Below are positions 51,114-59,057 of a stretch of DNA of 64,000 nt, piece by piece; the first letter of the stretch is position 1, and each line of letters starts with the position of its first letter. Location: the NCBI GenBank assembly GCA_963714975.1, contig CAVQQD010000002.1:1088001-1152000 (forward strand), read 5' to 3'. A program made the translations under genes and the position numbers. The stretch comes from an uncultured Gammaproteobacteria bacterium. Its GTDB lineage: Bacteria; Pseudomonadota; Gammaproteobacteria; JAURND01. Below the pieces are notes generated by a model. That model was not told the origin of the DNA. It did not search any database and saw nothing but the letters and a program-made list of their open reading frames with translations.

Positions 51114-52288
51114 AATTTAAGTTCCTTTGAAGGTGAACGTGAAACCACAGCATCATTTAATTCAATGCCCAAGCCTGGTTGCTCTGAAACCTGAAAAACC
51201 CCATCGACCGGCTGCGGATCTTGTAGGCAAAGTTCGCGATTCCAAGATTTAGTCGCGTAAGTATGATGTTCATGAATCAAAAAGTTAGGGATGGCCGTTT
51301 CCAAATGCAGCGCCACCATGGTGGCTACCGGGCCCCCACAGACATGCGCTTGAATTCTAACATCATAAATATCCGCATAATCACAAACTTTCTTCGCTTC
51401 GGTTAAACCACCACATAAACCCACATCCGGCTGCAAAACATCAACACTTTGGTCTTCTAAATAAGCGCGCACCCCATAACGCGTGTAAAGCCGTTCACCA
51501 GCAGCCAGGGGCACTCGCACTTTATCTGCTACTTTTTTCTGCAATTTTGCATTTAAATAATTCACTGGCTCTTCATAAAACATGCAGCGAAATTCCTCAG
51601 CAATTTCGCCTAACTGAATCGCCGTGGTGGCGCCCGCTAAGCTATGACATTCTAAAATAATATCCACCGAGGGCCCAATCGCTGCGCGAATTGCTTGCAT
51701 ACGTTGGCGGAACAATTGCATTTCATCATGGGTGAAAATTTTCGTCCGATCAAAATAGGTATTACCTGCCGCATCATATAAAATAGGATCGACTTTAACA
51801 CAATCATAGCCCTCAGCCACGGCTTTTTCTGCGGCTTTGCCATAATCAACTGGCTGAAACAATTTATTGACTTCAGGTCCCCAATCAAATTGTAATTGGC
51901 TAGCATAAGTGCGCAGCTTGGTATTGACCCTACCCCCTAACAGCTGATAAACCGGCAACTTAAGCGCCTTGCCTTTAATATCCCAGAGAGCTGTATCAAT
52001 CGCACTCATTGCGGCATAAATTACTGGACCCCCACCTAAGCCCCAAAAACTTTCGCGCAGCATCCGCGACCAAAGCAATTCAGTTTGAAAAGGATCCCAA
52101 CCTAACAAGACTGCATTGCTAATTTCTTCGATCATACTGGCTGCAGCACTATGCCCCCAATCGTAGGCTAGCCCTGCTTCCCCCACCCCGCTAATGCCTT
52201 CATCGGTATGCACGCGCACAAATACCGGATGCCACACCGGCCGTAAGGGACAATGAATATCAAAAATTTCAACTCGGATTACTTTCAT
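51110..52288 (-). CDS. Mandelate racemase/muconate lactonizing enzyme family dehydratase (enolase superfamily)
   Basis: TDEGISGVGE, SAIDTALWDIKGK, EEP, GERL, QPD and PGLGIE. Start ATG 52288; the ORF-track extension overlaps ccmF. Confidence 0.9.
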   Translation of the reverse strand: MKVIRVEIFDIHCPLRPVWHPVFVRVHTDEGISGVGEAGLAYDWGHSAAASMIEEISNAVLLGWDPFQTELLWSRMLRESFWGLGGGPVIYAAMSAIDTALWDIKGKALKLPVYQLLGGRVNTKLRTYASQLQFDWGPEVNKLFQPVDYGKAAEKAVAEGYDCVKVDPILYDAAGNTYFDRTKIFTHDEMQLFRQRMQAIRAAIGPSVDIILECHSLAGATTAIQLGEIAEEFRCMFYEEPVNYLNAKLQKKVADKVRVPLAAGERLYTRYGVRAYLEDQSVDVLQPDVGLCGGLTEAKKVCDYADIYDVRIQAHVCGGPVATMVALHLETAIPNFLIHEHHTYATKSWNRELCLQDPQPVDGVFQVSEQPGLGIELNDAVVSRSPSKELKL

Positions 52289-52290
52289 CT

Positions 52291-52336
52291 CACCCCTCAT
52301 CCGCCTTCGGCACCTTCTCCCACAAGGGGAGAAGGG
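52291..52336. repeat. Family A repeat forming the ccmF 3' end and stop and the RBS of the next gene
   Basis: Minus strand TTCCCTTCTCCCCTTGTGGGAGAAGGTGCCGAAGGCGGA-TGA-GGGGTGAG-ATG. Confidence 0.88.
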
Positions 52337-54276
52337 AATTTTCTCTGGGGAATGGCTAACAACCCGCCCAGTATCATCAATAAGCCCCCATACCAAATCC
52401 AGCGTACAAAAGGCTTGTAATACAAGCGTAGTGACCAGGCATTTTGAGGCAAGGGCTCGCCCAATGCTACATATAAATCCCGAAACCAACCTGCATCAAT
52501 CGCTGTTTTCGCCAAAGCTGCATGTTGCACATTATAAATGCGTTGCTCTGGCCTTAACAATGTAATTATGTGGTTATTTTTACGGACTAACACTCCCGCT
52601 TCGATCCCCCGATAATTAGGCCCTGTAATTTCTCGGGTCCCTAACAATTGAAATTGATAAGGGCCAATCATGGCAATATCCTGCGGCTGCATTCGCACTT
52701 CCCGTTGTTCACTATAATACGAGCTTAACACGATGCCTAACCCACATACCGCCACCCCCAGATGGGCGACTACCATCCCCCATTGACTACGAGTTAATTT
52801 TCGCAACATTAATGGTGCAGTGGTTACCATCACCCAAAATAGCAAACTGAGGCCGAGGATTACCTGCCAATGCCATTGCTGTGCCAATAAGGGGGGTAAT
52901 ATTATCGCCAAGACTACAGCGACCACTAAACTCATCAAGGCTCGCCGACGAATCAATTTAAATTCCGTAGCGTACCAACGCGAAAAAGTGGCTCCTCCCA
53001 TAAAAAACAAAATACCTGCAGCAAACGGGATGAACACCAGATTAAAATAAGGCGGTCCTACCGATAATTTTTCCAACCCCAAACTATCGATAATTAACGG
53101 ATAAAGTGTACCCAATAAAATGGTCAGCATGGCTCCGGTCAGCAACAAATTATTAACCAATATAAAACTTTCTCGCGACAACCAGCCAAAATTGACCTCA
53201 TGGCGCAAACTTTGCGCTCGCAAGGCATACAATAATAAAGAAGAACCAATAACAAAGACCAAAAATCCTAAAATAAATACGCCACGCCAAGGATCCACGG
53301 CAAAGGCGTGTACAGAAATTAATACTCCAGAACGCACAATAAACGTGCCAATTAAACTTAAAGAAAAAGTGAAGATTGCCAATAATGCCGTCCAGGCTTT
53401 AAACGCATCTCGTTTGGCGGTGACTACCAAAGAATGAATTAATGCTGTACCGCTTAGCCAGGGAAGCAACGAGGCATTTTCCACTGGATCCCAAAACCAC
53501 CAGCCACCCCAACCCAGTTCCCGATAAGCCCACCAACTGCCTAAAATAATCCCTAAGGTTAAAAAGCACCAAGCCAGTAATGTCCAGGGTTTGGCCCAAC
53601 GCGCCCAAGCTGCATCTAAGCGGCCGCTGATTAATGCCGCAATCGCAAAAGCAAACGCAACAGAAAAACCCACATAGCCCATATAAAGCATGGGCGGGTG
53701 ACTGACTAAACCAGGATCTTGCAATAGTGGATTTAAATCTCGGCCATCTTGCGGAAAATTTGGTAGATAACGCAGAAAAGGGTTAGAGGTCACGAGCATA
53801 AACAGCAAGAACCCGCTGCTGATCATCCCCAATACTGCCAAGACCCGAGCGACGATCAGCGGAGGCAGACGACGACTACATAGAGCCACCCCAACAGTCC
53901 AGAAGCTAAGCAACAGTACCCATAACAGCAATGAGCCCTCATGCGCGCCCCAAATGGCGCAAAAACGGTAAATCCAAGGTAATTGGCTGTTGGAGTTGAG
54001 AGCGACATAGGCCACTGAGAAATCATTACGCAAAAAGCTGTAGGCCAGTGCCAAAAAAGCTAAGGTGATAAAAAAGCATTGGCCGTAGGCGGTGGGGCGG
54101 ATTAAATCCCCCTTTTGGCCCCCTCTCCCCAACCCTCTCCCACCTTCCCTCGCTGACGCTCGGGTGGGGGAGAGGGGGCCAAAAGGGAGGGGATTTTTAA
54201 CAACAAGAAGTACTACCTGAGCAATGGCAAAACACAAAGCGAGGATCAGGGCATAATGACCAAGTTCAGGAATCAT
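52297..54276 (-). CDS. ccmF: Cytochrome c heme lyase subunit CcmF (with repeat-derived insert and tail)
   Basis: MIPELGHYAL, WGAHEGS, LNPLLQ, HPPMLYMGY, WGGWWFWDPVENAS and SVHAF. Confidence 0.96.
   Translation of the reverse strand: MIPELGHYALILALCFAIAQVVLLVVKNPLPFGPLSPTRASAREGGRGLGRGGQKGDLIRPTAYGQCFFITLAFLALAYSFLRNDFSVAYVALNSNSQLPWIYRFCAIWGAHEGSLLLWVLLLSFWTVGVALCSRRLPPLIVARVLAVLGMISSGFLLFMLVTSNPFLRYLPNFPQDGRDLNPLLQDPGLVSHPPMLYMGYVGFSVAFAFAIAALISGRLDAAWARWAKPWTLLAWCFLTLGIILGSWWAYRELGWGGWWFWDPVENASLLPWLSGTALIHSLVVTAKRDAFKAWTALLAIFTFSLSLIGTFIVRSGVLISVHAFAVDPWRGVFILGFLVFVIGSSLLLYALRAQSLRHEVNFGWLSRESFILVNNLLLTGAMLTILLGTLYPLIIDSLGLEKLSVGPPYFNLVFIPFAAGILFFMGGATFSRWYATEFKLIRRRALMSLVVAVVLAIILPPLLAQQWHWQVILGLSLLFWVMVTTAPLMLRKLTRSQWGMVVAHLGVAVCGLGIVLSSYYSEQREVRMQPQDIAMIGPYQFQLLGTREITGPNYRGIEAGVLVRKNNHIITLLRPEQRIYNVQHAALAKTAIDAGWFRDLYVALGEPLPQNAWSLRLYYKPFVRWIWYGGLLMILGGLLAIPQRKFPSPLVGEGAEGG
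54110..54187. repeat. Family B palindrome in frame within ccmF
   Basis: 21-bp perfect arms; encodes PFGPLSPTRASAREGGRGLGRGGQKG, nearly the same peptide as at 29287 and 29671. Confidence 0.9.
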
Positions 54277-54686
54277 CAGGTTTTCGCCAGTCCAGGTGGC
54301 ATATAGTTTTCATCATGTTTTGCAAGCACTTGGTCAGCAATAAAAACGCCCGCATTATTTAATTTACCCTGAACTACAATACCCTGCCCTTCACGAAATA
54401 AAGCCGGTAAGATTCCAATAAATTGCACTGGGATTTCATTATGGTAGTCTGTTAACACAAAGTGTACTTTAAGGCTATTCTCTTCACGTTGAAAGCTCCC
54501 CTCTTTGACCATCCCACCCAGGCGAAATGCTCGCACTAAAGCTGCTGTTTGGGCCGTTACTTGGCTTGGCGTAACATATAAGTTCACATTTTGCCCCAGT
54601 GCATAAATAACTAAGCCGGTGGCAATACTCACCCCAAACAAAATCACTACGATAGTATAAATTCTTTTTTTTCGATGCAGCTTCAT
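54276..54686 (-). CDS. ccmE: Heme chaperone CcmE
   Basis: RLGGMV, LPALFREGQG and VLAKHDENYMPP. Confidence 0.96.
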   Translation of the reverse strand: MKLHRKKRIYTIVVILFGVSIATGLVIYALGQNVNLYVTPSQVTAQTAALVRAFRLGGMVKEGSFQREENSLKVHFVLTDYHNEIPVQFIGILPALFREGQGIVVQGKLNNAGVFIADQVLAKHDENYMPPGLAKT

Positions 54687-54796
54687 TACTTTTTAAGTAC
54701 CTGTACCACCAATACCACCAACGCAATACCATAGGCAGACCAGACATAAGCCCCATAACCACCCATAGAAATAAATTCCGAGAAAGACCCTAACAT
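54686..54796 (-). CDS. ccmD: Heme exporter protein CcmD (36 aa)
   Basis: Below the ORF-track cutoff. Manual translation MLGSFSEFISMGGYGAYVWSAYGIALVVLVVQVLKK, between ccmC and ccmE. Confidence 0.9.
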   Translation of the reverse strand: MLGSFSEFISMGGYGAYVWSAYGIALVVLVVQVLKK

Positions 54797-55521
54797 AGCT
54801 TTATTTCTTTCACCCACCCGGTATTTCGTTCCCGACGTAAAATTTCTCGTCTTGCTCGCAACAATAAAATGCTTAAATAATACATAAAAAACCCTAACAA
54901 CATGGATAATAATGGGTAAAGCATACTAAGTTCAATACTTGGTTTTGCCAATTGTAAAAAGCTGGCTTTTTGATGCAAGGTATTCCACCAATTGACTGAA
55001 TAATGGATGATCGGCACGTCAATGACACCAATTAAGGTCAAAATGGCTGTGGCTCGCCCCGCAATATCTGGGTTTGACATCGCAGAACGCAAGCCTATCA
55101 CCCCAAAATATAAAAATAACAAAATTAGCTCAGAAGTCAGACGCGCATCCCAAATCCACCAAGTGCCCCACATCGGTTTACCCCATAAAGCACCCGTGAC
55201 TAAAGCCAGGAAAGTAAACCAGGCACCGATAGGGGCACTAGCAGCAGCCAAAACATCGGCTAATTTAATTCTCCAGATTAAATAAATACTGGAAAGTATT
55301 GCCATTACCACAAATACCAGCAGTGACAACGCGGCAGCCGGAACATGAATGTAGATGATCCGAAAGGCATTTCCTTGTTGATAATCCGCCGGCGCGAGCC
55401 ACAAGCCACCAAGCAAGCCATAACCCAAGGCGAGCAAGCAAATGGCCCAAACCCAAGGCAGTAATTGCCCGGTGCGATGATAAAAGTTTTTAGGTGATGC
55501 TAATTGATATAAGAATTGCAT
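54790..55521 (-). CDS. ccmC: Heme exporter CcmC
   Basis: IYIHVP, WGKPMWGTWWIWDARLT and WWNTLHQ. Confidence 0.96.
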   Translation of the reverse strand: MQFLYQLASPKNFYHRTGQLLPWVWAICLLALGYGLLGGLWLAPADYQQGNAFRIIYIHVPAAALSLLVFVVMAILSSIYLIWRIKLADVLAAASAPIGAWFTFLALVTGALWGKPMWGTWWIWDARLTSELILLFLYFGVIGLRSAMSNPDIAGRATAILTLIGVIDVPIIHYSVNWWNTLHQKASFLQLAKPSIELSMLYPLLSMLLGFFMYYLSILLLRARREILRRERNTGWVKEIKLC

Positions 55522-55549
55522 AATACCCCCTCTCATAAACTCTCGACAT

Positions 55550-55596
55550 CACCCCTCATCCGGACTGCGGCCACCTTCTCCCACAAGGGGAGAAGG
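55550..55596. repeat. Family A repeat between ccmB and ccmC
   Basis: CACCCCTCATCCGGACTGCGGCCACCTTCTCCCACAAGGGGAGAAGG. Confidence 0.88.
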
Positions 55597-55624
55597 AATG
55601 ATGCCGAAGGTTTATTGAGGAAAG

Positions 55625-56305
55625 TTATAACTCTGCACTCAAACGCAACGCTGCACTAGCAGCCAAGGGAGCCAAAGTAAGCGCCAATACCAACAAAGCG
55701 CCTAAGATGGCAAAAGCCCCACGGCTAGGCAATCCAGCGCCCACATCAATCACAGCCCCAGTCCCAAAAATCAACACCGGCACTGCTAAGGGTAAAAATA
55801 ATAAAGCCAATAAAATGCTCTGCTGGCGTAATCCTACCGTCAAAGCCATCACAATACTAGCCAACAAACAAAGAGCTGGGGTGCCTAATAATAAGCTCAG
55901 GATTAAACTGACCAGCTCAGCACGCGACAGCGATAAACTCAGAGCCAAAATTGGGGTAATCAGAATCAAGGGGAATACGCTGATCATCCAATGTGCCATT
56001 ATTTTAGCGCATAACAGCAACGGCAACGGGCATGGGCTCAATAACCATAAATTTAAACTGCCATCTTCATAATCAGGGCGCAAAAAATGCTGAAAGGACA
56101 GTAAAATCGCTAATAACGCTGCCACCCAAATTAACCCTGGGCCCAGGGTGTGCAGTAAATTCCGCTCCGGGATTATAGCTAAAGGAAATAAACTGACGAT
56201 AATAATAAAAAATAACCAGACATTAACCCAATCCGCCTTATTACGATAGGCCATGCGAAAATCGTGGCGAATTAGGGTGGCTAATGGAAAAATCCAGCTC
56301 TTCAT
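55625..56305 (-). CDS. ccmB: Heme exporter permease CcmB
   Basis: PGLIWVAALLA, DYEDGSL, LLLGTP and PVLIFG. Confidence 0.95.
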   Translation of the reverse strand: MKSWIFPLATLIRHDFRMAYRNKADWVNVWLFFIIIVSLFPLAIIPERNLLHTLGPGLIWVAALLAILLSFQHFLRPDYEDGSLNLWLLSPCPLPLLLCAKIMAHWMISVFPLILITPILALSLSLSRAELVSLILSLLLGTPALCLLASIVMALTVGLRQQSILLALLFLPLAVPVLIFGTGAVIDVGAGLPSRGAFAILGALLVLALTLAPLAASAALRLSAEL

Positions 56306-56913
56306 AAATTCAATTGCTTAATCATCATCTGCCCCAATGAAAATGGCTGGTGACTCGTTAATACGATCATGCCCTCCGCCCTCAGGTGTTCAAACATTAG
56401 TTTTTCCATCAACGCAATACTTCCGGTATCGAGAGCCGTAAAAGGTTCATCTAAGAGCCACAATTTCGCTGGCAAAATAAGTAACCTAGCCAAAGCCACC
56501 CGTTGCCGCTGCCCAGCAGAAAGACGATGGCAAAGAGTATCCTGGTAAGGCAATAAATCCAACTGCGTTAAAGCTGCTAATAACAGGGACATTTTGGGCC
56601 GAGCCTGGCTCAAGCTGGCAGCAAAAGCTAAATTTTCCAGCACCGTCAACTGCGCCTTAACTCCAGTTTTATGGCCCAAATACAGCAACTGACGTTGGTA
56701 AGCTTGCTGGATTTGAGCGAGAGGAGTGCCGCACCAACCCACCTGCCCCTGCTGAGGGCTAGCTAAACCCGCTAAAATCTGTAATAAGCTCGACTTGCCC
56801 GAGCCATTAATGCCCCTAATATGTAAAATTTCCTGGGACATTAAATTAAAGTTCAGGTTTGAAAAAAGCAATTGATCACTACGAACACATGTCAGCTTAT
56901 CAGCAGTTAGCAT
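56302..56913 (-). CDS. ccmA: Heme exporter ATP-binding protein CcmA
   Basis: GINGSGKSS, LSAGQRQRVALARL, LWLLDEPFTALD and TSHQ. Confidence 0.95.
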   Translation of the reverse strand: MLTADKLTCVRSDQLLFSNLNFNLMSQEILHIRGINGSGKSSLLQILAGLASPQQGQVGWCGTPLAQIQQAYQRQLLYLGHKTGVKAQLTVLENLAFAASLSQARPKMSLLLAALTQLDLLPYQDTLCHRLSAGQRQRVALARLLILPAKLWLLDEPFTALDTGSIALMEKLMFEHLRAEGMIVLTSHQPFSLGQMMIKQLNL

Positions 56914-56998
56914 AATACCTCAGGCAAAAAAAATCTGGCTAATTGTACCCTAAAAGCGATTTTTTTCTACCCCGTCATCGCGCCTCCCCGTCGGGGCA

Positions 56999-57143
56999 CT
57001 TAGGGAGAGGGGGGATGGGGCAGACGCAACGCCTTCGGGGTCCTGCCGCTCGGTCACCCACCGTGCTCGCACGCTGCGCGCGGCGTGGTTTCCCCACGCG
57101 TCACCCCTACGGCTGCGTCTGCCATCCACCCCACACCTATGGA
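56999..57143 (+). mobile_element. GC-rich ~145-bp MITE-like structured element, copy 1
   Basis: Imperfect terminal inverted repeats (..GGATGGGGCAGACGCA / TGCGTCTGCCATCC..); near-identical inverted copy at 58799-58941. Confidence 0.75.
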
Positions 57144-57177
57144 GTGAAATTAGCATGTTCACCGACTTGGACGGTCA

Positions 57178-57205
57178 AGAGATCCCTCGCTTTGCTCGGG
57201 ATGAC
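57178..57205. repeat. Family C repeat end (GAGATCCCTCGCTTTGCTCGGGATGAC)
   Basis: Reverse complement matches the dnaX insert at 37569-37595. Confidence 0.75.
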
Positions 57206-57212
57206 AAGGGAT

Positions 57213-57695
57213 TTATGATCTAAGACGCGTTAAATTCTCTTTGTTGTTTTCTTGATTAGTAGGGGTTTGCACAAATTTAGTGCGGCGGATGCCATCAAAA
57301 CTATAGCGCCCGGCGCCAAAGCTCATGATGTAGAGTGTGCCACCCACGATAGTGATGTTTTTGAAAAAATTAATCATTTGAATTTGCACATCCGCTGTAG
57401 GATAAGTCCAAAAGTGGTGAATGAAAAAATTGACCGCAAGACAAAAAACAAAAAGTAAAAATGCTCCCAGTCGTGCATGCCAGCCGACTAAGATCATCAA
57501 GCCGCCTCCAAGCTCAAAAATAATGGCGCCAATAGCCAATTGCTGGACATAAAAATCCATCCCAGCTTGAGTCATATAGACAACTGTGCTGTCAAGGTTA
57601 AAAACTTTATTGAACCCAGAGAGAATAAAAATTACAGAAAAAAGAATGCGGCCTACTAATAAGGCTAGATTCTGCGAAGTTTTGTAGTTTGACAT
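57213..57695 (-). CDS. DoxX family membrane protein
   Basis: LVGRILFSVIFILSGFNK, ELGGGLMILVG, FFKN...GG and GAGRYSFD. Confidence 0.9.
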   Translation of the reverse strand: MSNYKTSQNLALLVGRILFSVIFILSGFNKVFNLDSTVVYMTQAGMDFYVQQLAIGAIIFELGGGLMILVGWHARLGAFLLFVFCLAVNFFIHHFWTYPTADVQIQMINFFKNITIVGGTLYIMSFGAGRYSFDGIRRTKFVQTPTNQENNKENLTRLRS

Positions 57696-57759
57696 AGTTA
57701 AGTCCTTTTAAATTATGAAAAAATCTTTATTACTTTTTCTCCCCTTGTAGGAGAAAGAA

Positions 57760-58320
57760 TTACTTAAGGAGAGGGAATTTCGTGGCGCACCCCCCAGTTT
57801 TTATGAATTGTTTTGAATATCCTAATAGAAGGTAAAGTGGGGCTGCATGTTGATTTGCTGCAGCCAATCGCTTTAATTCTGGTGAATCTATTTTTAGTAA
57901 ATAAGCAGTTTCATCAATGGGTTGGTTATTTTTCTTGCTTAATTTTTTCCTTTGGTAAACGCCAGTGATGGTAAATGAATGCATTTGTTGCGCAAACATT
58001 TGTGATTCGCTGGCTTGGTAAAGAAAAATTTGATTGGCATTTTCCTGTGAGTTTGGAACGAGACATTTTTTATTTTTTTCATTCAATCTAGTTAGTAAGA
58101 TCGGGTAGAGCTTCGTGACATAATCATCAAATAATTTGAGGTAAACCTTATGATTTTGCTCCTGAGTAATTGATCCTTGGTTTTCCATGGCTTGTGCTGC
58201 TTGAATAAGTGCAGGATTTTGTAACAAAGTGGGGCTCGTTGCCGGTGTTGCCAGGGCAGCGTGGCATAGAAATAATAGGCTGCTTAGAATTGTATTGAAT
58301 AATAAAATTTGTTTTTTCAT
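57760..58320 (-). CDS. Hypothetical secreted protein
   Basis: Signal peptide ending ALA; two Cys in the mature part; no family recognised. Confidence 0.7.
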   Translation of the reverse strand: MKKQILLFNTILSSLLFLCHAALATPATSPTLLQNPALIQAAQAMENQGSITQEQNHKVYLKLFDDYVTKLYPILLTRLNEKNKKCLVPNSQENANQIFLYQASESQMFAQQMHSFTITGVYQRKKLSKKNNQPIDETAYLLKIDSPELKRLAAANQHAAPLYLLLGYSKQFIKTGGCATKFPLLK

Positions 58321-58343
58321 TTTTGTCTCTTGGTATATCCCGC

Positions 58344-58404
58344 ATAACCGCTTGATATTATTCCTTCTCCCCTTGTGGGAGAAGGAATAATATCAAGCGG
58401 TTAT
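58344..58404. repeat. Family A core extended into a perfect 28-bp-arm hairpin
   Basis: ATAACCGCTTGATATTATTCCTTCTCCC-CTTGT-GGGAGAAGGAATAATATCAAGCGGTTAT. Confidence 0.88.
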
Positions 58405-58417
58405 TGAGGGAGCGGCT

Positions 58418-58714
58418 CTAGTTGTCCTTTAGTGCATCGGGGTTGCTAGGAGCTGAACCGCCTAAGCGCTTGCAGTTTTCTGGTGTCTTCCAAATAACGC
58501 CCTTACCTCTGCAAGTATTTTGCCCCTTGCACTCATGCAGCACTCGGCAAGTACTGGTGACTAATCGACATTGGCTAGTACCAGCACATTTATTAATTCC
58601 GTAGCATTTGACAAAAGCTGGCTTTTCAGCGAGCGTGGGGGTTGGTAAGGAAATAAAAGTTAATGCGACTGCAGCAGAAAGCGATGCACCAATTAATTTT
58701 TGCTTTCTATTCAT
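58418..58714 (-). CDS. Secreted Cys-rich peptide, bufferin BufA2-like
   Basis: ATG 58714 with AGGAGG RBS; signal peptide; VKCYGINKCAGTSQC...CKGQNTCRGKG...C..LGG pattern. Confidence 0.72.
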   Translation of the reverse strand: MNRKQKLIGASLSAAVALTFISLPTPTLAEKPAFVKCYGINKCAGTSQCRLVTSTCRVLHECKGQNTCRGKGVIWKTPENCKRLGGSAPSNPDALKDN

Positions 58715-58798
58715 ACGTAACCTCCTTGTTAGCGAATAGAATGAACTACTATCAATAGTTAAGCACGAGATTGCCAAACTTGCCAGTGAAACTCTCCT

Positions 58799-58941
58799 TC
58801 CATAGGTGTGGGGTGGATGGCAGACGCAGCCGTAGGGGTGACGCGTGGGGAAACCACGCCGGGCGCAGCGTGCGAGCACGGCGGGTGACCGCGCGGCAGG
58901 ACCCCGAAGGCGTTGCGTCTGCCCCATCCCCCTCTCCCTAA
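58799..58941 (-). mobile_element. GC-rich MITE-like structured element, copy 2 (inverted)
   Basis: Reverse complement of 56999-57143 with about three substitutions and one G-run indel. Confidence 0.75.
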
Positions 58942-59057
58942 GGAAATTTGGAGCTGTTCACCGACTTGGCCGGCCCTGGCAGAGTTGTCCTCAGCATGTT
59001 AATGAGGCTGCCCTGCTTAACTTAATGGCAGTGGGCCGTAGGCCGGATGAGGGTGCA

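Noticed and set aside
56943-57218. ORFs 56943-57218, 56950-57162, 58845-59069 and the N-terminal 71 aa of 58418-58927
   Set aside because: These are translations of the GC-rich repeat element. The Cys-rich gene has a better start with AGGAGG at 58714.
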